DNA of 32,000 bases from an uncultured archaeon (GTDB taxonomy: Archaea; Iainarchaeota; Iainarchaeia; Iainarchaeales; JAAZKV01), in contig CAZKBG010000002.1 of NCBI GenBank assembly GCA_964551375.1, positions 15,558 to 47,557 on the forward strand, written 5' to 3'. Below are positions 27,481 through 32,000 of this stretch, piece by piece. The translations under genes were made by a program, and so were the position numbers. The notes under the pieces were generated by a model that ran no database searches, had not been told where the DNA came from, and saw only the letters and a program-made list of their open reading frames with translations. Every line of letters starts with the position of its first letter. Position 1 is the first letter of the stretch.

Positions 27481-28224
27481 ATGAATCATTATAAAGAAAT
27501 TGAAGGATTGCCAATAAGCATGATAAGCGAAAGAACAAGATTTAATGTACCAAATGGGCCTGTTAACAACAATCTTCCTATTGAAGACAAGAAAACAGGA
27601 ACAACAACTGTTGGAATTATAGGAACTGATTTTGTTTTGCTTGCAGCAGACCAGCAGGCAACAATGGGTTATATGGCTGCAGATGACGACGCTGTTAAAA
27701 TTTACAAAATAACAAACAATGTTGCTTTGACTATATCAGGCGCTGTGGGCGATTCGCTTGCAGTTATAAGATTTTTAAAAGCGCAGGCAAATTTATACGA
27801 AGTTGAAAGAGAAACAAAAATCACTCCTAAAGCTTTGACTTCATTAATGTCAAATGTCTTGAACGGAAACAGATATTATCCTTTCATATTCATGCCAATA
27901 GTGGGCGGAGTAAATTCAAGACCAGAACTATACGAAGTGACTCCATTTGGATGCATTTCTGAAAAGAAAAAATACGCTGTGACAGGATCAGGAACAGAAT
28001 ATGCAATTTCAACCCTTGACGTTGATTACAAAGAAGGAATGACTGAAGATGAAGCCCTTGCACTTGCAATAAAAGCAATAAGCATTTCAAGAAACAGAGA
28101 TATTAACACAGGCGGACGAAGCATAACAGTTGCAATAATAGACAAAGACGGATACCGACAGGTTGACGAGAAAGAAGTCGACAAAGTAATGTCAAAGATA
28201 AAGCTGAACTTTTCAAAGAAGTAA
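27481..28224 (+). CDS. psmB: Archaeal proteasome beta subunit
   Basis: Propeptide then TTTVGIIGTDFVLLAADQQATMGYM...VK (Thr1/Asp17/Lys33) and TGSGTEYA...SRNRDINTGG. ATG at 27481 preferred to the track's TTG at 27430. Confidence 0.93.
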   Translation: MNHYKEIEGLPISMISERTRFNVPNGPVNNNLPIEDKKTGTTTVGIIGTDFVLLAADQQATMGYMAADDDAVKIYKITNNVALTISGAVGDSLAVIRFLKAQANLYEVERETKITPKALTSLMSNVLNGNRYYPFIFMPIVGGVNSRPELYEVTPFGCISEKKKYAVTGSGTEYAISTLDVDYKEGMTEDEALALAIKAISISRNRDINTGGRSITVAIIDKDGYRQVDEKEVDKVMSKIKLNFSKK

Positions 28225-28300
28225 CTTTCTTAATGAACCACAGATGGCCCGAATGACATTAATGCTAAAATAGAAATTGAATTGTTTAATTGTTTTTTCG

Positions 28301-28323
28301 AAAAAGGCAGTAATGCCTTTTTT
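28301..28323 (+). terminator. Hairpin plus T-tract downstream of psmB
   Basis: AAAAAGGCA-GTAA-TGCCTTTTT with trailing T, 77 nt after the psmB stop. Confidence 0.6.
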
Positions 28324-28479
28324 ATTAAAATAAAACAGCACTTTGCTCACTTAAAACAAGAATTGTTTTTAGAAAACCTTTTTTCTAAAAGGTAACTGAC
28401 AAAAATAAGTAAAATAACAAAAACAACAATGATAAAAAATTAACAAGGATAAAGAAAACAAAATAATAAAATAGAAAAT

Positions 28480-28536
28480 ATGAAACACAAAAACAATAAA
28501 ATGAAAAAATACAAAAAATCAAGAGGGTTTGATTAA
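28480..28536 (+). CDS. Putative 18-aa Lys-rich upstream ORF
   Basis: ATG AAA CAC ... GGG TTT GAT TAA encodes MKHKNNKMKKYKKSRGFD; its stop is immediately followed, in the same frame, by the aCPSF1 ATG. Confidence 0.3.
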   Translation: MKHKNNKMKKYKKSRGFD

Positions 28537-30441
28537 ATGGTACAAAAAATAAAAATATTAGATGATATAAACGAAACAGTAAAAAGACTAGTTCCCGGAA
28601 GCGCAGGAATAACAAAAATTGAAATGGAAGGGCCTGAAGTAGTTATTTACACAAAAAGCCCGGAAGCATTTTTCGGCGTTGAAAATTATGTTTCAAAAAT
28701 TGCATTTGAACTTAAAAAAAGAGTTAACATAAGAACAGACAAATCCCTGCTTTCAAACCCAGAACAGGCAAAGAAAAAAATACTTGAGCTTGTTCCAAAA
28801 GAAGCAGAGGTAAGAGATGTTTATTTTGAAGAGCCTTTCAGCGAAGTTGTAATTGAAGCGGTGAAAAAAGGGCTTGTAATCGGAAAAGGCGGAGAATTAT
28901 CCAAAAGAATAATAATGGAAACCGGATGGACTCCAAGAATATTAAGAGCTCCGACAACAAAATCAGAAATACTTAACGGAATAAGAAAACATTTATTCAA
29001 GCACGCTGATGAAAGAAAAAAATTCTTATTAAAAACAGCTGAAAAGATTTACGGCGATAAAAGAGAATCAAACCACAAGTGGATACGCTTAATCGCTCTT
29101 GGCGGGTATAGAGAAGTTGGAAGAAGCTGCATGCTTTTAGAAACAGAAAACACAAAAGTTCTTCTTGATGCGGGATTAAACCACAGCTCTGATGATCCAT
29201 ATCCTTACATTGACGCTTTAGGATATCCGTTAAGCGAACTTGACGCAATTGTAATATCGCACGCGCACTCAGACCACACAGGAACTCTTCCTTTCTTATT
29301 CAAAATGGGGTATGACGGGCCTGTGTACTGCACTGAACCTACAAGAGACTTAATGACACTGCTTCAGTTTGACTTTTTGGACGTGAGCGTATCGCAGGAA
29401 AAAACTGCGCCTTATTCAGAAGCTGATGTAAAAAACACATTAATGCACACAATAACAAGAGACTATCGTGAAGTGACTGACATTGCTCCGGATATGAGAC
29501 TAACTCTTCACAACGCATCGCACATTTTAGGCTCTGCTTCGGTTCACTTAAATATAGGCGAAGGAGCGCACAACTTGGTTTACGGCGCGGACATAAAATT
29601 CGGCGCGACAAGATTATTTGACAATATTGACATTAAGTATCCAAGAATGGAAACACTTATTGTTGAAAGCACATACGGCTCAAAAGACGCAATACAAATG
29701 CCTAGACAAGCCGCTGAAAATAAATTAATTGAAATAATTCAGGAGACAACTCAATTCGGCGGAAATGTATTAATTCCTGTATTTGGAGTTGGAAGAGGAC
29801 AGGAAATATGCATGGTAATTGAAGATGCTTATAAGAAAGGACTTCTTTCTGAAAAGAACAGCATTTACGTTGAAGGAATGGTAAAAGAAGCAAGCGCAAT
29901 ACACACAGCGTACCCTGAATATTTAAGACAGAGCCTTGAAAAGAGAATTTTGACAAATGATTCTCCGTTTGATTCTCCAATATTTAAGGAAGTTAAAAAA
30001 GAAGACAGGGAAAAAATCTGCAACGGAAGCGGGAACGTAATATTATCCACTTCAGGAATGATGAACGGCGGTCCTGTGATAGAATACTTCTACAAAATGG
30101 CTGAAAACCCCGCAAATACTTTGGTGTTTGTTGGTTACCTTGCTGAAGGAACATTCGGAAGAAAAATACAACAGGGACTAAAGAGCATGCCAATAAGCGA
30201 TAATGGCAAAACAAAAAAACTTGATGTTAAAATGAGAATTGAAACAATAGACGGATTCAGCGGACACGCTGATTTCAACGAGCTTGTATCATACGTTGCA
30301 TCGCTAAAGCCAAAGCCAAAAAAAATACTGGTAAACCACGGCGACCCGACAAGAAGCGTTGAGTTTTCAAAATACTGCGCGGCAAAATTCGGAATAAGCA
30401 GCTCAGCTATTAGAAACCTTGAAGCAGTAAGATTCAAGTAA
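28537..30441 (+). CDS. fttA: Archaeal CPSF1/FttA: KH domains plus metallo-beta-lactamase/beta-CASP ribonuclease (transcription termination factor)
   Basis: N-terminal KH-type VIGKGGELSKRI, HAHSDHTG catalytic motif, GGNVLIPVFGVGRGQE, SGFSGHADFNELVSYV, KKILVNHGDP. Confidence 0.95.
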   Translation: MVQKIKILDDINETVKRLVPGSAGITKIEMEGPEVVIYTKSPEAFFGVENYVSKIAFELKKRVNIRTDKSLLSNPEQAKKKILELVPKEAEVRDVYFEEPFSEVVIEAVKKGLVIGKGGELSKRIIMETGWTPRILRAPTTKSEILNGIRKHLFKHADERKKFLLKTAEKIYGDKRESNHKWIRLIALGGYREVGRSCMLLETENTKVLLDAGLNHSSDDPYPYIDALGYPLSELDAIVISHAHSDHTGTLPFLFKMGYDGPVYCTEPTRDLMTLLQFDFLDVSVSQEKTAPYSEADVKNTLMHTITRDYREVTDIAPDMRLTLHNASHILGSASVHLNIGEGAHNLVYGADIKFGATRLFDNIDIKYPRMETLIVESTYGSKDAIQMPRQAAENKLIEIIQETTQFGGNVLIPVFGVGRGQEICMVIEDAYKKGLLSEKNSIYVEGMVKEASAIHTAYPEYLRQSLEKRILTNDSPFDSPIFKEVKKEDREKICNGSGNVILSTSGMMNGGPVIEYFYKMAENPANTLVFVGYLAEGTFGRKIQQGLKSMPISDNGKTKKLDVKMRIETIDGFSGHADFNELVSYVASLKPKPKKILVNHGDPTRSVEFSKYCAAKFGISSSAIRNLEAVRFK

Positions 30442-30579
30442 GAGCTTTGAGAAAAAGCAATCCTGATTAATTTGTTTTGCAGCAAAAAATGCTGCAAAAA
30501 TATTTTTTTGCCAAAGTCTTGCTTTTAGCATCAACAAAGCTGGTTTTAAATATCAGTTTGATGCTATGATTCAATTAGC

Positions 30580-31257
30580 ATGGTTTTTTTAGATAAGTTT
30601 GACAAGTTGCTTTTATTATTTCTAGTTTTTGTGGTAGGAATATTTTTTGCCACGGCGGTAGATATCGACCCAAACATTCCAAGCCATCAATTCTCGCAGA
30701 TTGCGGTTGGAGTGGAGAGAGTGGTGAATGACAATAATATTTTGTTAGCAAAATTCGGGGGAACAGGCGTAGCAACATGCCCTGACGGAACTGTTTTGAT
30801 TTGGAATAATGTTTCTGGAACTTGGATTTGCGGAAGCGGAGTTCCAGGACCGCAAGGTCCTGCAGGCGTTCAAGGTCCGCAAGGACCAGTTGGTGCGACA
30901 GGCGCAACAGGCCCTACAGGATATGCTGGAGCTACTGGTCCTCCTGGTCCGCAAGGAGCTCAAGGCCCTACTGGACCAATTGGTCCAAACGGCGCTACTG
31001 GCCCTGCCGGTCCAACAGGCGCGACAGGAGCACGGGGACCAACAGGAGCTACTGGCCCTGCCGGTCCAATGGGTTCGCCAACTTTTTGCTATTATGAAGG
31101 AGTAGCGTGGGGAATTGGGATGTCTTGCTTTGCGGGAAATCAATCTCCGGCTGCAACAACATCTTATGGAAATCTTATCCAATGTACAACAGGCGGATGG
31201 ACAAGCGGCTCAAGGGTATACGGTCCCGGAGGATACACAGCATATCCAATATGCTGA
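30580..31257 (+). CDS. Collagen-like protein with N-terminal TM/signal segment and Cys-containing C-terminal head
   Basis: 27 uninterrupted Gly-X-Y triplets encoded at 30838-31080 ([12 protein letters not shown]...GPMGSP), preceded by [15 protein letters not shown] and followed by a ~58-aa head. Confidence 0.9.
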   Translation: MVFLDKFDKLLLLFLVFVVGIFFATAVDIDPNIPSHQFSQIAVGVERVVNDNNILLAKFGGTGVATCPDGTVLIWNNVSGTWICGSGVPGPQGPAGVQGPQGPVGATGATGPTGYAGATGPPGPQGAQGPTGPIGPNGATGPAGPTGATGARGPTGATGPAGPMGSPTFCYYEGVAWGIGMSCFAGNQSPAATTSYGNLIQCTTGGWTSGSRVYGPGGYTAYPIC

Positions 31258-31290
31258 TATTAAAATTAAAAATTAAAAGTATTATTTATA

Positions 31291-31995
31291 GTGTTGGTTA
31301 TTTTTATGGCAATGTTTGGAAATTTTAGCAAAATCGTTCTGATTTTTTTTGTGCTTGTGCTAAGCGTAGTATTTGTCGTTTCGACTGATGTGGTTATATC
31401 AAAACCTTATCATCAGTTTTCTGCAATAGCTGTCGGGATTGAAAAAGTTGCAGACAACAGCAATATACTTTTGGCAAAGTTTGGAGGAACAGGGCTGGTT
31501 AATTGCCCTGACAAAAATGTTTTGGTTTGGAATAATGTTTCAGGCACTTGGATTTGCGGAAATCCTCCTGCAGGAGTGCAGGGGCCTATGGGTCCGCAGG
31601 GGCCAGCGGGCATAGCAGGTCCGCAAGGACCAGTTGGCGCGACAGGCGCTACTGGAGCTAACGGCGCAACAGGTCCTCCAGGCGCCACAGGAGCAAGAGG
31701 ACCAACAGGTCCTGCAAATACCACTACTGGTCCACAAGGGCCAAAGGGATCTACTGGTGCAACAGGCGCTGCAGGTCCTGCTGGTGCAACAGGTCCGCAA
31801 GGCCCGGCGTTAGTAAGAGTAACATGCACTTACAATGGAAGACTTTACAGTCCAGGAGCAAAATGTTTTACAGGAAGCTGTCCTATTGCTACTACAAGCT
31901 CGGGACAATTAATTACCTGCAACTCCAACGGGACTTGGAGTTCGCCGACAACAGTATACGGCTGGGGAAATTCATGCCAGTATTCAATATGTTAA
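31291..31995 (+). CDS. Second, paralogous collagen-like protein
   Basis: About 25 Gly-X-Y triplets at 31573-31809 with one NTTT interruption. Shares [28 protein letters not shown]...[10 protein letters not shown] with the upstream gene. Start may be GTG 31291 or ATG 31306. Confidence 0.88.
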   Translation: MLVIFMAMFGNFSKIVLIFFVLVLSVVFVVSTDVVISKPYHQFSAIAVGIEKVADNSNILLAKFGGTGLVNCPDKNVLVWNNVSGTWICGNPPAGVQGPMGPQGPAGIAGPQGPVGATGATGANGATGPPGATGARGPTGPANTTTGPQGPKGSTGATGAAGPAGATGPQGPALVRVTCTYNGRLYSPGAKCFTGSCPIATTSSGQLITCNSNGTWSSPTTVYGWGNSCQYSIC

Positions 31996-32000
31996 TATTT

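Noticed and set aside
27481-28224. Inactive proteasome-like beta subunit
   Set aside because: Thr1, Asp17 and Lys33 and the SGSG/RD motifs are present; Thr in place of the usual Ser169 is a conservative change.
31413-31829. Long antisense ORFs opposite the collagen-like genes (Pro/Cys/Ala-rich; also 30745-31182 and 31540-31800)
   Set aside because: They are the reverse-strand readings of Gly-X-Y codon repeats, which lack stops by composition.

Overview
AT-rich archaeal window. The archaeal assignment rests on an intron-containing tRNA-Tyr, an aCPSF1/FttA-type KH/beta-CASP RNase, a proteasome beta subunit, Taw1, a HerA-like ATPase and TATA-like boxes; the gene mix resembles DPANN-type archaea, which is inference. 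The left end encodes a repetitive Ig-like surface protein (open at the window edge), a Gly-rich lipid- or membrane-anchored-looking protein and a single-TM protein. Next come a CxxC-rich YkgJ-like protein, tRNA-Thr(UGT), and a membrane protein overlapping a Cache/HAMP/PAS-like sensor with no output domain. The centre holds a CxxC-x17-CxxC mini-protein, an unannotated 57-aa membrane ORF, and two overlapping giant membrane-anchored proteins (2123 and 1743 aa) whose C-terminal modules look paralogous. The right part has Taw1, a PAP2 phosphatase, a tRNA-Tyr(GTA) with a 105-nt intron, a HerA-like ATPase, an HExxH membrane protein, PsmB, aCPSF1 preceded by an in-frame abutting uORF, and two tandem collagen-like (Gly-X-Y) proteins. 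The best candidates for something undescribed are the giant paired surface genes (about 9.6-21.5 kb) and the tandem collagen-like fibre genes. The best RNA-level observation is the long-intron tRNA-Tyr with an atypical elbow.
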